Positions 13,501 to 27,131 of a stretch of DNA of 64,000 nt are shown here, piece by piece; the first letter of the stretch is position 1; each line of letters starts with the position of its first letter. A program made the position numbers and the translations under genes. Origin of the DNA: Octopus sinensis (lineage: Eukaryota); contig NC_043012.1 in NCBI RefSeq assembly GCF_006345805.1, forward strand, positions 36,456,001 through 36,520,000. Direction: 5' to 3'. Below the pieces are notes generated by a model. The model was not told the origin of the DNA, did no database searches, and saw only the letters and a program-made list of their open reading frames with translations.

Positions 13501-16243
13501 CTCATTTCTTTAAACTTTACACATCTGTTACATTAACTCACTGACAAGATTTAATCCACTTCTGTTCAAGGGTCAAATCACACAATGAAAATGGTTGTGG
13601 AATCCCAGATTCCACATTAAATTAATTAACCATTTTAATTGTGGAAATCAGATGTATTCTCTCAAAATTTCATTACCCTTAACTGTGGAGAGCAGTTTTA
13701 TATACCAAGCTTTTTTTTTCCTCACTAGCTTGACTAATTGGTGTTAAAGTGCTCAGCTGAAATGGTCAGTTTAATACATGTTGGTTCCATATTGAAATAT
13801 GCCATGATTCACTTCTTGGTGTTACTAAATTCTTTACTATTTTCGAAATTAATTGCAACAAAGGCAATTGCAAAAACCAGAAATATGGTAACAAAAAGGG
13901 TTTTTAAAAGTTGATTTATTCTTCTACTTTTTTTAGTCAGGAGGGAAAGCAATGTCTGTGACTCTTTGCGGGGTCTCCAAGATGGTGGAAGCAAGGGAGG
14001 GAGGAAGGTAACCTCAACCAGAGATCTGGTTTAAATACTTACAAAAGAGTAGATTCTTAAACGTACCCAAAATCCGGAGGGTGGGTGTTAAACCAGATGA
14101 TGAATTGAGTCTGTTGTCCAAGTAGGCCATGACAGGATTTGAACTCTGAATGCAAAGGCCTGAAGCAAATACTGCAAAGCAACATGTCCAATGTTTTAAT
14201 GGTTTTGCCAGCCCACAGCACTTGTCTGGTATTATTTTATCAACTCTGGAAGAATGAAAGGCAAAATTGGGATCTGAACTTCGGTATACAACTGGCACTC
14301 TGTCATTTGTGATGATATGGGTTCCAGCTGATCCAATCAGTGGAAGAGCCTGCTTGGGAAGTTAACGTGCAAGTGGCCGAGTGCTCAACAGGTGTAAATG
14401 TAATATCCTAAACATAATTCTCAGGGCAAATCAGCGTGACACAGAATGTGACATGGTTGGCCCCTTGAAACACAAGTACAACTCATTTTGCCAGCTGAGT
14501 GGAACGGAGCAACATGAAATAGTGTCTTGCTTAAGAACACAATGTACGACCAGGAATGAAACTCACAACTTCACAATCCTGAGCTGAATGCCATAACCGC
14601 TAAGCCACACAAAAAGCCATAATAAATACTGTTACACATTTCATGATGTGCTGACAACTCTGCCAGTTCACTTCCTAATTTAGCTACAGCCCTTAATTAA
14701 AATGTGATTCATGACTCTGTGTGTGTATGTGGTGAGGGGGCTCTTAGGGGGTTTTTTGTTACCTTTTTTTTGAATTGTTATCTTTGAACAGGCAACAAAC
14801 TGAAGCGTGTGTCAGTTTCCATCTTGTGATGTCATCCCAGCATGACTGTTTCCCCAGCCACCCAGATGCTGGGACCGCTTAATGTTACTGGCGGCTGCTG
14901 ATAACCCCTCCAAGATTATGTGGTGCAACTCCTCTATCTAACTGGGACACTGACAAACCTCATAGATAACTGTCGAAAATTGTTCCCAGAATTGTACAGT
15001 GCTGATTTAACTATCTCTGCTGCCTACTGCCATTCTTTCTTCAACAGTAAAGGCCCTTGCTCTTCCAACTGTACCAACTTTATCAGTTTAACTGTCTTTA
15101 TCAGTTGCTTGACCTGCTAGATATAGCAGCCAAATCTTACCGTTTCAAACGAGACGTTCCTACACAAGCTTCAAAAGACAGGATTGTCATGGCTGGAATG
15201 TCTTTGATTGTAAGTTTGTTCAGTTGACCTGGAGCTAGAAAACAGCAACTTAATACTTTTCAGTGGGTGTGGTGGTACTGTCTCACTATATCTCACCTAT
15301 TTGCTATGTGACTATATGACTGTGTGACACACAGACACACAGACCTTGCCCCCCCCCCTCTTCTCTACTTAGTAATGGACAACTTTTTAATAACTTGTTC
15401 AAGTTTTACAAAGTTTTTCTTTGTGGAGATCACATTGATAGTTTTAATCAACAGTGAAATGGTGAGACTCGTCATAGTTGATGCTTTGATCCTTGGTGAT
15501 GAGTCACTCTCTGATCCTCACAATTGACCTACAGACTGTCTGGTCCTCACAGAAAGCTCTTGTTGAAATAAAATGTGTAAGGATATGACCACCATTACTT
15601 CTGCCACCATAAAACTGTCATGATGAATAATGACACATTTCAGTTGGCCAACAACATGAAATTGCAGATTATTTTGTTAGATTATCCTTGTTAGGAGATG
15701 ATGTTAGGTGGGTTGGTATAAAAAGAGCTAAAAAGACTATGAACATTGTTACCAGGATTTTGGAGACCTTCCTGGACCTTGGAACATTCTTGTTAAGGAA
15801 AGCTGCCTTGTTAAGGAAGGCAGGGACTACAGAAAAATCTTCCGCATTGATATTATTGTCTAACTCCCAGGTCACCCCTGATCAAGAAGACCTATGAACC
15901 AACCATGACCATCCTGTCTGTTCAGAAGTGGAGAGGAATATGATTAACACTATATTATCCAGGTGTCCTTTCTTTTTCTAAAACAGTAGGGGGTGTGATT
16001 TGAATGGAGAGGGATTTGGCTGTTGCTACTAGCACATCAGGCTCCCTTGTTTGTTGGTGTTCTGTTATGGTGGAGTTGTTTACTTGAGTCAGTTTTAAGT
16101 TTCTGTAATTCAACACTAAATGTATCACCTTTTTGAAATACCCTGGTACACCAGCGAGATTAGTTGGCAGATAAATTCCTCAAGTGAAATCTCAGTTAGA
16201 TAGTCAGCTGTAATTCTCGAGACCCGACACACGCGCATGCATG

Positions 16244-16274
<31 letters not shown>

Positions 16275-16614
16275 CAGACTCACACATTCCTAGACAGGCA
16301 CACACGTACCACAGAGGCAGGAATTCTTCAGTCAAGTGGGAAGGAGAGAACATATTTTTGCTGTATACTGTACACGAGAAGGCAGCCTTATATATGTCTT
16401 CTGTTGTTTGATGTTGTGGTTGCAATTATTAGGTCGTTTAACACAGCTTAAACGATTGTAACAACAGCAACTCACAAACAAAATAGAGACGCACATGCTA
16501 CACATTATTGTTATTAGAATTTTTGTTATCCTGAGTTTTAACACTAACTGTATTGTGTGCGTGTTGAATACTTTTCAATCATATATCACATTTGATACGT
16601 GTATGTATGTGCGA

Positions 16615-16670
<56 letters not shown>

Positions 16671-18201
16671 ATATGGTTGAATATGTATATATAAATATGA
16701 GATATGATTAAGTATTTTTGTGCATGCCTTTATATAAATATATGCCAGTCACAATTTTGTGTGGTGCCTTTTTATTTCCGAATGTAAGAAACGGCAGGGT
16801 GGGTGTGTATGTGTGTGTGTAATGATATGGTTAAATGAGTTTGTATATAATTATATACAAAGGAGAGGTATGACTTTAAAATGTATGTACTTTTTTTTTA
16901 TGTATATATCTGCACACACACACACACACACACACAAAAGCCAATTATGTGTGTGTTTGTGTCTGTACCTGTTCACATAGAACAACTCACCACAAGTTCA
17001 TTCCCCAAGGACAAAGGCAGAAGTGGGTGGCATCCTGTCGAAATCTACTGATTTTGAATCACTGACATGGATTTCGGCAAAACTTGTCAGAACTTTCCTC
17101 ACAAACTAAAACAACGATGACTTGAAAATTCTAAATATATATGGTGACTTTGAAAATCATGACTAAGGGCTTTGAAGATTTTAAATAGCAGTTTGGAAAA
17201 ATAGAGCTGGCTGTGTGGTTAAGAAGTTCTCTTTGCAACCACATGGTTTCAGGTTCAGCTCCATTACATGGCTCCTTGGACAAGTATCTTCTACTTTAGT
17301 CTCTGACCAACCAAAGCTTTGTGAGTGAATTTGATTGATAGAAACTGTGTGGAAGTCTGTTTGTGTGTGTGTGTGGTCATTGCCAGTGCCACTGGACTGG
17401 CTCCCTTGCAGGTGGCACGTAAAAAACACATTTTGAATGTGGTCATTTGCCAGTACTGCCTGACTGGCCCTCTTGGAGTGGTTGGTGTTAGGAAGGGCAT
17501 CTGTAGAAACTTTGCCAGATCAGATTGAGCCTGGTGCAGCCTTCTGGCTTGCCAGTCCTCAGTCAAGCCATCCAACCCATTCCAGCATGGAAAGCGGACG
17601 TTAAACAACAACGATGATGATATATAAATATATATATATATATATACATACACACAGACATACGTGTGTATATTTGTATGTGTTCACCTCAACATCAAAT
17701 GTTAGTTTGTGTCCCTGTATCTTAATAGTTTGGCAAAAGAGACTGATAGAATAATTACAACACTGAAACAAAATAAATGGTGGGATGGTTCCGCATCGTG
17801 GCTGCAGTCCAGTGTCCAATGGCTGAAACAAGTAAAAGATAGGTTAAGAAAATTAAAAATAGTGGCATTGAAAATTATGTACAGAACCTTTGGCAATTGT
17901 AAAGAGTGAATTTGCAGAGATCAGTCTTTGAAGCTGACAGTGTCTTTATGAATGTTTGGAGCTGTGTTTTTTTGAAAACGAGCTTTAACCATTCATCATT
18001 CACATTGTCAAATGTAATGCTTATTTATTCACATTGTTTTAAATTAATCCTGTGTTATTGTGCTGCTTTGAGAGTTCAGTGATGTAACTGTTTATTTTTA
18101 GAATGACATTGTAGGTTGGGTGTGATAGTTTGGATCTGGTCGGTTTGAACATAAAACACGAAGAATGTTTAGAAGTGGATGTGGCCGATTTAGATGCTAA
18201 A

Positions 18202-18480
18202 GCTGGGGCTGGAGGAAAAGGGTAGTACATGTGGCTGAGGCTGGAGGAATGGGGCAGTACATGTGGCTGGGGTTGGAGGAATGGGGCAGTACATGTGGCT
18301 GGGGCTGAAGGAATGGGGCAGTACATATAGCTGGGGCTGGAGGAATGGGGCAGTACATGTGGCTGGAGCTAGAGGAAAGGGGCAGTACCTGTGGCTGGGG
18401 CTGGAGGAAAGGGGCAGTACATGTGGCTGGGGCTGGAAGAATGGGGCAGTACATGTGGCTGGGGCTGGAGGAAAGGCAGT
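18202..18480. repeat. 32-bp G-rich minisatellite, about 8.7 copies
   Basis: Unit GGCTGGGGCTGGAGGAATGGGGCAGTACATGT. Confidence 0.95.
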
Positions 18481-20930
18481 GCCCAGTCCTTCCTCCCTCA
18501 AAGTAAAGGCTTTTCCACCTGGAATCTCCTCCCTGCATAATAATTTGTGGAGGGCCTAGAATGTTAGTCATAACAAGAGTGATGTTGAAAAGAGAAATAA
18601 ATGGATCAGGATCACTTGGGCGAAGGTTTGTACAAACCCGATTAGATATGAGAAACTGGATCCATTAAAACAAAAGAAAAGACAGAAAGGGCTTCTTGTT
18701 AGGATGCAGCCCTTGCTATTTAAATAATGTTTTTGCCAGGTGTGATCCTTGATGATAGTGAGACTCAACACTTTGAGCAACTATGAGGGCTCAAGCTGAG
18801 TGCTACTCAAGTTTGGAGTAGGGCTCAGATGTGGTGTGGTGTTTTCTCCATGTGAGCAGTGCAAATACATTCCAAACTAACCAGAAGGTTGTGGTTGTAG
18901 TGGTGGTGGTGTAACCCAGTTGAAATCAACTTGTGTACACATGGCACTTGAGGTTTTCGTGAAAGCAGTGTCATCTCTTGGCTAAACAAAAGAATTAAAT
19001 AGTATTAAATTGGGATAGAGAACCAAAACCAAACATTCCTTTAAATCTATGAACAGCAGAGATTATAGTCTCTGCTGACAGAGAGAGAAATTGGTTGAAG
19101 TATTTACTATGCAGTCAGATGACAAGTTAAACCAGTGCTAAATTACTAGGACACTTTCAATGGAGTGGGTGGGGGTGGAGGGGGAATAGGTATGATCCTT
19201 CCCGAGTCATATAGACTCTTAGCACTGATTTTCATAGTACATGTACCCCCCCCCTGGACGGGATGCCAGTCCATCGCAGAATTAACTCATTTTTGTCAGC
19301 TGAGTGGACTGGAGTAACGTGAAATGAAGTGTTTTGCTCAAGAACACAGTGTTACCCAATCCAGGAATTGAACTCACAATCTTAGGATCATGAGCCCAAC
19401 ACCCCTAACCACCAAGCCACATGCTTTCACATGCAAGAGGGTGGGAGGAGGAAGGAAGAGAGAGATTTGGGAGTTTAAGGACTGAGATTGGTGGGGGGGT
19501 TTTTTGTTTGATTCTATTGAAGTATTTTTGAATATGTGCATTGATTGGAACTAATTGCTAATTAGTTTCACTGTGAGGTCTTCTGTGATGTATATGTCAG
19601 GCATGGCCGTGTGGTGAAGAGGTTTACTTCCCAAGCACACAGTTTCACGTTCAATCCCACCCGGTAACACCTTGGGCAAATTTCTTCCGTCATAACCCTA
19701 GGCTAACCAATGCCTTATGAGTGGATTCAGTCAATAAACTGAAAGAAACCCGTCATCATCATTTATTACCCATTGTCCATGCTGGCATGGGTTGGACAGT
19801 TTGACCAGACCTGGCAAGCAAGAGAGCCACACCAGACTCCAATCTGATTTGGCAAGGTTTCTACAGCTGGATGCCCTTCCTGACACCACCCACTTTACAG
19901 AGTGCACTGGGTACTTTTGTGGCACCTCACAGTTGCTCTTTGCGCTGGCACCACATGGGTGCTTTTCTGTGGAACTGCACAAGTGCCCTTTGTGTGGCAC
20001 CGCACAGGTGCTTTACACCAGCAGAAGGATCAGTCTTAATACCTGCTGTAGGCTGGCCAAAGTATATTGTGTGTGTATATTCTGGGAAAGGGCAGGGAGG
20101 CAAGTTCATGGGAAAGTGGATGTTAAAACGACAACGATGATGATGATGCCCTTTGCTATAAGGTGACAGTGAGCCGTGATATCCTTATGCTGTGTGCAAA
20201 CAAGGAAGTGTTAATAAAAACCAACCAGACATTGTAATTAAAGATGACAAGATGTAGTCATTGTAAAAACATGGCTTTCAAGTTTTGACAGAAAGTCAGC
20301 AATTACAAGGGGAGGGGAAAGTCAGTCACATCATCTTCGGTGCTCAATGGTTCTCATTTGTGATGAAAGGCAAAGTCAATCTCAACAGAATTTGAACTCA
20401 AAATGTGAAGACGGACAAAATGCTGCCAAGTATTTTGTCTAGCATGCTAACAATTCTGCCTGTTTGCCACCTTAAATTATTAAGAAGAAAGAATATACTT
20501 GCAAATGGAAGCATCTTTTACACCCTAATAGACATTAGGGGTTAGTACTTAGCCATTAATTTAATGGCGGATAAGAGTCAAAGATCTCCTGGACAGGATG
20601 CCAGAGGTCTTGTAAGTAATTTCCTCAAATGATTTGGTGTCAGCTGGGGTAATGCAGAATAAAGTGTTTTGTCCACAAACAACAAAATGCTTGCAGTAGT
20701 TTACACAAACACACTATCTCTGACACACATTCTCTTTTATCTCTCCCTCTCTCTCTCTAACACACACAGTCTTTTACATGCTGTCCCACCTTCCCTTTAT
20801 TTCTACTTCTACTCTCTCTCCCACGTTTCTCTCAGTGAATCACCAGTCACACCTAAACATTACATCACCCAATGACAACCTACTCAACCTAGACAATATT
20901 GTGCAGACTATAATATTACATATACCATAG

Positions 20931-20966
<36 letters not shown>

Positions 20967-22384
20967 ATTGGTGCAGGTGTGGCTCAGTGGTTAAGAAGCT
21001 TGTTTCACAATCATATAGTCTCAGGTTCAGTCCTACTGTGCAAGTGAATTTGGTAGATGGAAACTGAAATAAACCCATTGTACATATGCATATTTTTTTT
21101 GTGCAGCCTTCTCCTGACATCATGTGATGGTTTCAAATCAGTATCACCACCATACCAGCAATGTTAACTTGTTTCCAATCTTCCATGGAAACCTGTCTGG
21201 CTGTGGGGAAGTATCACTTTGGTGAAGGTTGGTGAAAGGGAGTGCATCCAGCCGTAGAGACTCTCTACCTCAACAAATACCCTTTTACCCATGCAAGCAT
21301 GGAAAAATGGACTTTGAAATGATGTTATGATACAGTTATTGGGTTAATTTCAGGTATGGTTGTGTGGTAAGAAGTTTGCTTCCCAACCACATGGTTCTGG
21401 GTTCAGTCCCACTATGTGGCACCTTGGGAAAGTGTCTTCTATTATAACGCTGGGCCAACCAAAGCATTATGAGTGGCTTTGGTAGACAGGAACAGAAAGA
21501 AGCCCATTTGTGCGTGTGCGTCACAACTGCTTGACAACTGGTATAGGTTTGTTTATGTCCTCATAATTTAATGGTTCAGCAAAAGAGATTGATAGAATAA
21601 GTGCCAGGCTTTAAAAAAAAGTACTAGGGTTGATTCATCTGACTAAAAATTCTTCAAGGCCCCAGCATGGCCACAGTCTAATGACTGAAACAAGTAAAAG
21701 CTTAAAGAATCCAAGGAAATTTCTTCTCACCACAGTTGAACTTAATCATCAATAAAGGCATGCTCACACACACACACACACATACACACACATCTAACAC
21801 AACCTAAATATGATATTTAAGGGTACGTTATGACGATGATATCTTCTGTGTTCAGGGCTGCTCCATTACGGATGGGAATGGTTTAGAAACTCTACTAGTT
21901 CATTACTGGTATTTGTTCTGTCAGACATAAACATACGCCAGCTTTGGTGAATAACAAAATTCCAAACACAACTCCCTGTCCTCTTTGTCGTTTCCTTCCT
22001 TGCTCTATCAAGTCAATGACCAACTTCTCATGACTTCCTTAGCAAACACTTTATCCTTGACATTGTATTTTTGTCAGAGACTACAAAGATGGTTTTCTTG
22101 TTGCCTTCCCCTTTAAGGACCTTTTTTTTTTTTTTTTACCAGACTTCACCTTATCAGCTAGATGCACTCGACATGTCCACACCTGTCTGAGTTATCAGAA
22201 AAGAAAGAGTTGGAACAAATTCCTAAAAGCATTTCGTCCATTTATCTGTCCAATTTCAACACTTTCTGCCAATCCATTTTCTTAGACTAGTGGTACTTTA
22301 TCGACCCTGGAAGAATTACAAACTCTGACCAAAAAGTATTGGAACTGGTGCCATAAAAAGAAAACTACAGCACATAAAGAATTC

Positions 22385-22700
22385 AGCATTTAATCTTCCT
22401 TTGAAGTTGTCTATTTCTCAAGTCACACACTTTATCCAGCATTGTTTCCAGTGATGGAACCATTCTTAGAACACTTGTTTTTGGGATAGGTAGCAGCTGC
22501 CTCATTGTATTCTCTTAGATTTCCTTCATGTCTTGATATCTCCTTCCTTTCAAGTGGAATTTCATTTTTGGAAAGAAGGTAAAAAGGAAAGAAAAAAACA
22601 CAGGTATCGCCAAGCTTTTGGCTAAATTTGACACAAGTTCTCTGCTTGATTTTCACTGCCATGGTCACTGAAGGAACGTCTGTTGTGTGGTGAGACAACT
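22385..22700 (-). mobile_element. Internally deleted mariner transposon relic
   Basis: N-terminal KQRTCVKFSQKLG joined to C-terminal PKQVF*EWFHHWKQCWIKCVT*E.DNF.G. Confidence 0.7.
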
Positions 22701-22732
22701 ACACTCTGCACACTTTACTTCCAGGCTCTGCT

Positions 22733-22876
22733 CTAACCCTTTCGTTACCAACTCGGCTGAAACCGGCTCTAGGTTAATGGTAACTAAGTTATTTTACTAT
22801 AAATTCTTTATTATATTTAAAGTAATTGAAAGAAACACGGAGCATCTCAAAATAAATACAGTAACGAAAGGGTTAA
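22733..22876. mobile_element. piggyBac-type MITE family 2, internally deleted copy
   Basis: Perfect 12-bp TIR CCCTTTCGTTAC / GTAACGAAAGGG; CTAA / TTAA flanks. Confidence 0.8.
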
Positions 22877-23549
22877 ACAACAGAAATGAGCAAGAACATT
22901 ACAACTGTGGATGTGCAACAGAGTTCAAAGTCAATCTGTGCCAAGCGACTTCACTCTGTTTACTCGGTTCTCATAGTAACAGTTCCAATACCTTATTGAT
23001 CAGATCCCATAAAAGCAGAGTATAAAGAACCAGAACAAAATTGCAGCAAGACATTTCAATGCTCTGATTCTACCAATTGGCTGCTGGGTCCTTTTTTTTT
23101 TTTCCTGCTTTTCCTTGTTTCTCTATTTCATCCTCCAAAACAGTAAATGATGATTATGATGATGATGATGATGATGGTGGTTAGAGTGAAACAGATTTGA
23201 AAGTTTCAAAAGTTTGACTAAAGCATATTTCTGAAGCACGTATGGTATGTCTTCCTCTTCCTCCTCCCCTGCTGTCCCTCCCTCTTCCCCATCTACACCG
23301 GATCTCTGCAGGAAGTCTGCTGTTACCAGTTTTACAGTTGTAATGCTTGTTGCCAATATTTGTTCAATGACTCAGTAGTTTCACTGCTTTGAAGATATTA
23401 TTTAAAAGATTCCAAACTCCCAAACTAAAATTACTAAACAGTTTATAGTAATCAGATCACGTTACGAGCGGCAGAGGGGCAAGGTAGGTGATGGGGGTGC
23501 AAGATTTTAAATTGAAGGTTTAAGGTGGCAGATAAGTCAGTTTGAGGTC

Positions 23550-23700
23550 AGCACTAATCGGAACAGACTTATGATCAGACTTTCCAGCCATGACCATCCT
23601 GTCTTTTTCCAAGGAGTACATTGTCCAATTTGTCCTTTTCTAAAACAGGGTGTGATTTTGAGGAAGTTTTGGCTGCTATTTCCAGCAGCTCGAGATACAG
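23550..23700 (+). mobile_element. Unclassified interspersed repeat family G; others at about 4575-4760, 4790-4970, 15120-15250(-), 15880-16040, 41530-41610
   Basis: Shared CAGACYTATGATCA...TTCCAGCCATGACCATC...ACATTATCCAAT...GTGTGATTT...TTTGGCTGCTATTT. Confidence 0.7.
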
Positions 23701-24129
23701 TTAAGATCAGTGGTCCTCAATGTGGGTGGTATTTATTTCTTTATTGCCCACAAGGGGACAGACAAAGGGATTAAGTCGATTGCATCAACCCCAGTGCATA
23801 ACTGGTACTTATTTAATCAACCCTGAAAGGATGAAAGGCAAAGTCAAACTCCCACACAATACCAAGACATGGAAACCTGCACACACATACACGTAGGGCT
23901 TCTATCAGTTTCTGTCTACTGAATCTATTCCTAAGAATTTGGTTGGCCTTACCCAAGGTGAATCAAAGAGGGATAGAATTTGAAACCATGATGAGCTTGT
24001 GAAGCAGAATTTTTAATCACACAGCCATTCACTTTGACATCAGCAATGTTGTCACTTGTGACTGATATGGTACTTTTTGGTATATTGGTCTGCCTCTATA
24101 CTCATTTCTTTTCTCTCAGGGTTAGATTC

Positions 24130-24330
24130 CTCCTCTCAGCAATACTCATCCATTATTATATTCACTTAGCTACACCTGCCTCAAGTTTTGGCCAATGCTT
24201 CCTTAACGATCCAGTTTCTGTCATCCTTCACTCTACACACTGTATACTTTCTTCTTCCTCCCTCTTGTCTGATTAAACCATTCTCACCCTTCAACTTCAA
24301 AACCTTGACAGGACACCCTGCAATGAGGAG
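24130..24330 (-). mobile_element. Decayed RTE-like LINE fragment
   Basis: RRKY..CRVKDDRNWIVKEAL resembles the RTE C-terminal motif. Confidence 0.35.
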
Positions 24331-24344
24331 ATGACAACTTAGAG

Positions 24345-24667
24345 CAGTGGTTCTCAACTGGAGTCCATAAAAGATTTTTGAGGGTCCACACAAGTAGAAT
24401 AGTAAATTGGGGACCCACAACAGGCTATATCAAGGGTCCATGTAAAAGTGTTGCTTTAGATGTAATTTATTGCAGAAAAACACTTAAGATTTCTTTTCTC
24501 TGACATTTTACATAGTACTAACCTACACAAGCTAATTTATGAAAAGCAAAACAGGAATTTTGAAAGAAGTATCTTTTAAAACATTGAATGGCTAGGGGGG
24601 GGGGGGTCGAGCAGAATAAAATAGTAATCAAAGGGGTCCATAGGTAAAATATGGTCGGAAACCACTG
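24345..24667. mobile_element. hAT (Charlie/MER5-like) MITE; related copies 25345-25593, 47887-48000, 35988-36060
   Basis: TIRs CAGTGGTTCTCAACT / GGTCGGAAACCACTG; 8-bp TSD ACTTAGAG (24337-44) / ACTTGGAG (24668-75). Confidence 0.85.
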
Positions 24668-25765
24668 ACTTGGAGCCACCCAACAGACCCAAAATGTTTG
24701 GTTTGATGAATCTGTAGAATATGTCCTCAGACGTGGTCATTAGTTATGGACAAATGACAAAAACCATCACAACCCTGTCAAACATTTGGCCTGACTCTTT
24801 CTGCTGAGTTGTCATAGTAACCATATATCTCATAGATGGATCTTCAGGGACAGAAAAAATACTTCAGTTCTAAACAACTATTGGTGTGATACAAGACACC
24901 TTTTCACTTTAGACTAAACACACACACACACACACACACACACCATGGCATTCCACCCCATGCATCCATATTCTGGATCACAGCCAAAAAACAAAAACCT
25001 CACCCATCTGTATTCACAACACTACAACCATAACATTGGGGATGGGGTACCCCTTACTGTGTTTTCTTACTCTAACTACAATACTCATGTGAACCTGCTC
25101 ACAGTATTACGTCTCATCCTGAATCTGTTTCCCCTACCCCTCTCCTGATACCTGGCCCAGTCTCTTGGCCCTTCCTTCCCAGACACTGCCTTGTACTATT
25201 TTCCTCCCCAGAGCTGCCTACTCCTACAAATTCTTCCCTGTCTACATTTTTCTCCTCAGTCACTACTATCAACTGTTCAAACAGTGCATCAGCTGAGTGG
25301 CCCCCCTCTACACCTATCTTTCAATCTATAGGGACCCTCTAAAGAAGTAGTTCCAACCAGGGCCCATATAACCCTTAGAGATCCTTATACAATTTTGTTC
25401 TTAAAGTTTTATGCACAATAAAACTGTTTATATTTCTAAAGTACACAAAATATTTTAACAATTTTTTATACATTTCTTAATATTTATTCTAAAAATATAA
25501 TTGCATTTTTTTTTTTTAACATTGAGTGGTTATGGAAGTCCAGTAAATAGGAATCAAAAGGATCTATAGGGGGAAAATGGTTGAGAACCACTGTTCTAAC
25601 AGTGACAAGTGCTATTCTTTCTTACCAGAAGAACAACACTTGTAAATTATACTCTTCCACCCTACGCTCTTCAACAGAAAGAGACACTGAAGAAACAAGG
25701 AGAGAAAAAAATGTGTGTAGTGGCTAACGATCTATCATGGCCACTAACATATATATATATATATA

Positions 25766-26085
25766 ATAAATATTAGGGAATAAATCCAAATTTACAGGGA
25801 AAAAATCAGATTTAGGATTAAATCCAATTTTATAGTAAAATATTATATAATATTATTAGAGACAAAACCACTATTTTGCAAAACAAACAAGGAAAGACTT
25901 AATCAATACATAAAATTTTAATAAAAAGTCAAAAAAACCGCCACTACAATTGTTTCTTGTCCTGATCGACAATCTTCAGGTGGACTTCCAATTTTCAAGT
26001 CAGTTTTTTTGACTTTTTATTAAAATTTTATGTATTGATTAAGTCTTTCCTTGTTTGTTTTGCAAAATAGTGGTTTTGTCTCTAA

Positions 26086-26097
<12 letters not shown>
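25766..26097. mobile_element. (TA)n-flanked fold-back element with perfect 95-bp inverted arms (25844-25938 / 26003-26097) enclosing the minimal hammerhead; probable Penelope-like element terminus
   Basis: Arms are exact reverse complements base by base; 64-bp spacer; (AT)n on both sides. The PLE assignment is inferred from the HHR and the inverted architecture. Confidence 0.65.
25941..25983 (-). ncRNA. Minimal type I hammerhead ribozyme motif (Penelope-like element type)
   Basis: Minus strand reads CCAC CTGAAGA TTGTC GATCAG GACAA GAAA C AATT G TA GTGG. It has a 4-bp stem I, a perfect 5-bp stem II, a palindromic stem/loop III (ACAATTGT) and a GUA cleavage triplet. Confidence 0.8.
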
Positions 26098-26117
<20 letters not shown>

Positions 26118-26901
26118 AAGCACCCACTACACTCATGGAGTGGTTGGCGTTAGGAAGGGCATCCAGCCGTAGAAACATTGCCAGATCAGACTGGGCCTGG
26201 TGCAGTCTTCTGGCTTCCCAGACCCCAGTCGAAGCATCCAACCCATGCCAGCATGGAAAGCGGACGCTAAATGATGATGTGTACATATGCACACACATTC
26301 CTAATATGAGCATAAGGCTTGAAGTTTTGAGAGAAGGATTAGCTGATTAGATTAACCCTGGTACTTGGCTGTTACTTTATTTTATCCACCCTGAAAGGAT
26401 TAAAGACAAAGTTGTAATGTCGTTATATTTGATCCTAGAGTCCAACACTGAAGATAGTCTCTGTCTGTTAGTTTTGAAGGACTGAACCCAATTAATGGTA
26501 GAACAATTCTGTAGATTTCTGTAGTAGATATCAGGGCTGGATTTGAATTTAGTGAGATCCTAACCTTTTAGCATTTAAAGTGGCTATATCTGGCCAAAAT
26601 ATTCTGTTTTACGTTTAAACCAGCTAGATCGGGCTTCTCACACTTAGCCTTCAATGTCATTCTAAAAAAATGAACGGTCACATCGTTGAAATGTTGATGC
26701 TACGAGATAATGTATGATTAATTCAAAGACAATGTTAATAAATGAGCATTACATTTGAGAGAGTGATGTAAATAGCTTGGAGATCCCTTGTTAAAAAATT
26801 TCCCCAGACAGCATTACAGAAATTGAAAGTGTCTGCCTTTTTATTATCTTCCTACCCTGTGAGATTGTAAATCTCAAAACTGTATCTTGTTCAGCTCCTG
26901 C

Positions 26902-27131
26902 TTAACCCTTTCAATACCAACCTGGCTGAAACTGCCTCTGGCTCTCTGTAGTACAAATGTTTTGTTTTTATCAAGTTTTGAATTAAAATCTTCAAATTTT
27001 GGTCATAATTTATGTTCCTAACCCTAGCTTAATGATAATTAAGTTATTTTACTAAATTCCTTGTTATATTTAAAATTAATTGAAAGAAACACAGAGCATC
27101 TCAAAATAAATATGGTAACAAAAGGGGTTAA
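26902..27131. mobile_element. piggyBac-type MITE family 2, full copy; fragments at 7150-7310 and 13815-13905
   Basis: TTAA-CCCTTTCAATACC ... GGTAACAAAAGGGG-TTAA. Confidence 0.8.

Noticed and set aside
13809-13994. 61-aa ORF with a hydrophobic segment resembling a membrane micropeptide
   Set aside because: Its 3' half overlaps a fragment of piggyBac-type MITE family 2 (AT-rich), which explains the composition.
15324-15897. Cluster of short ORFs on both strands that look like decayed coding DNA
   Set aside because: No recognisable motif in any frame; cannot be assigned without a database search.
16434-16455. 8-bp perfect hairpin TCGTTTAA-N6-TTAAACGA
   Set aside because: Too short and AT-rich to exceed chance in 64 kb.
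18039-18571. Pro/Cys-rich ORFs with 32-aa periodicity
   Set aside because: Three 32-bp units equal 32 codons; minisatellite artefact.
23123-23356. 77-aa ORF with acidic stretch and poly-His
   Set aside because: It is built from a GA-rich tract and a (GAT)n microsatellite; no recognisable homology.
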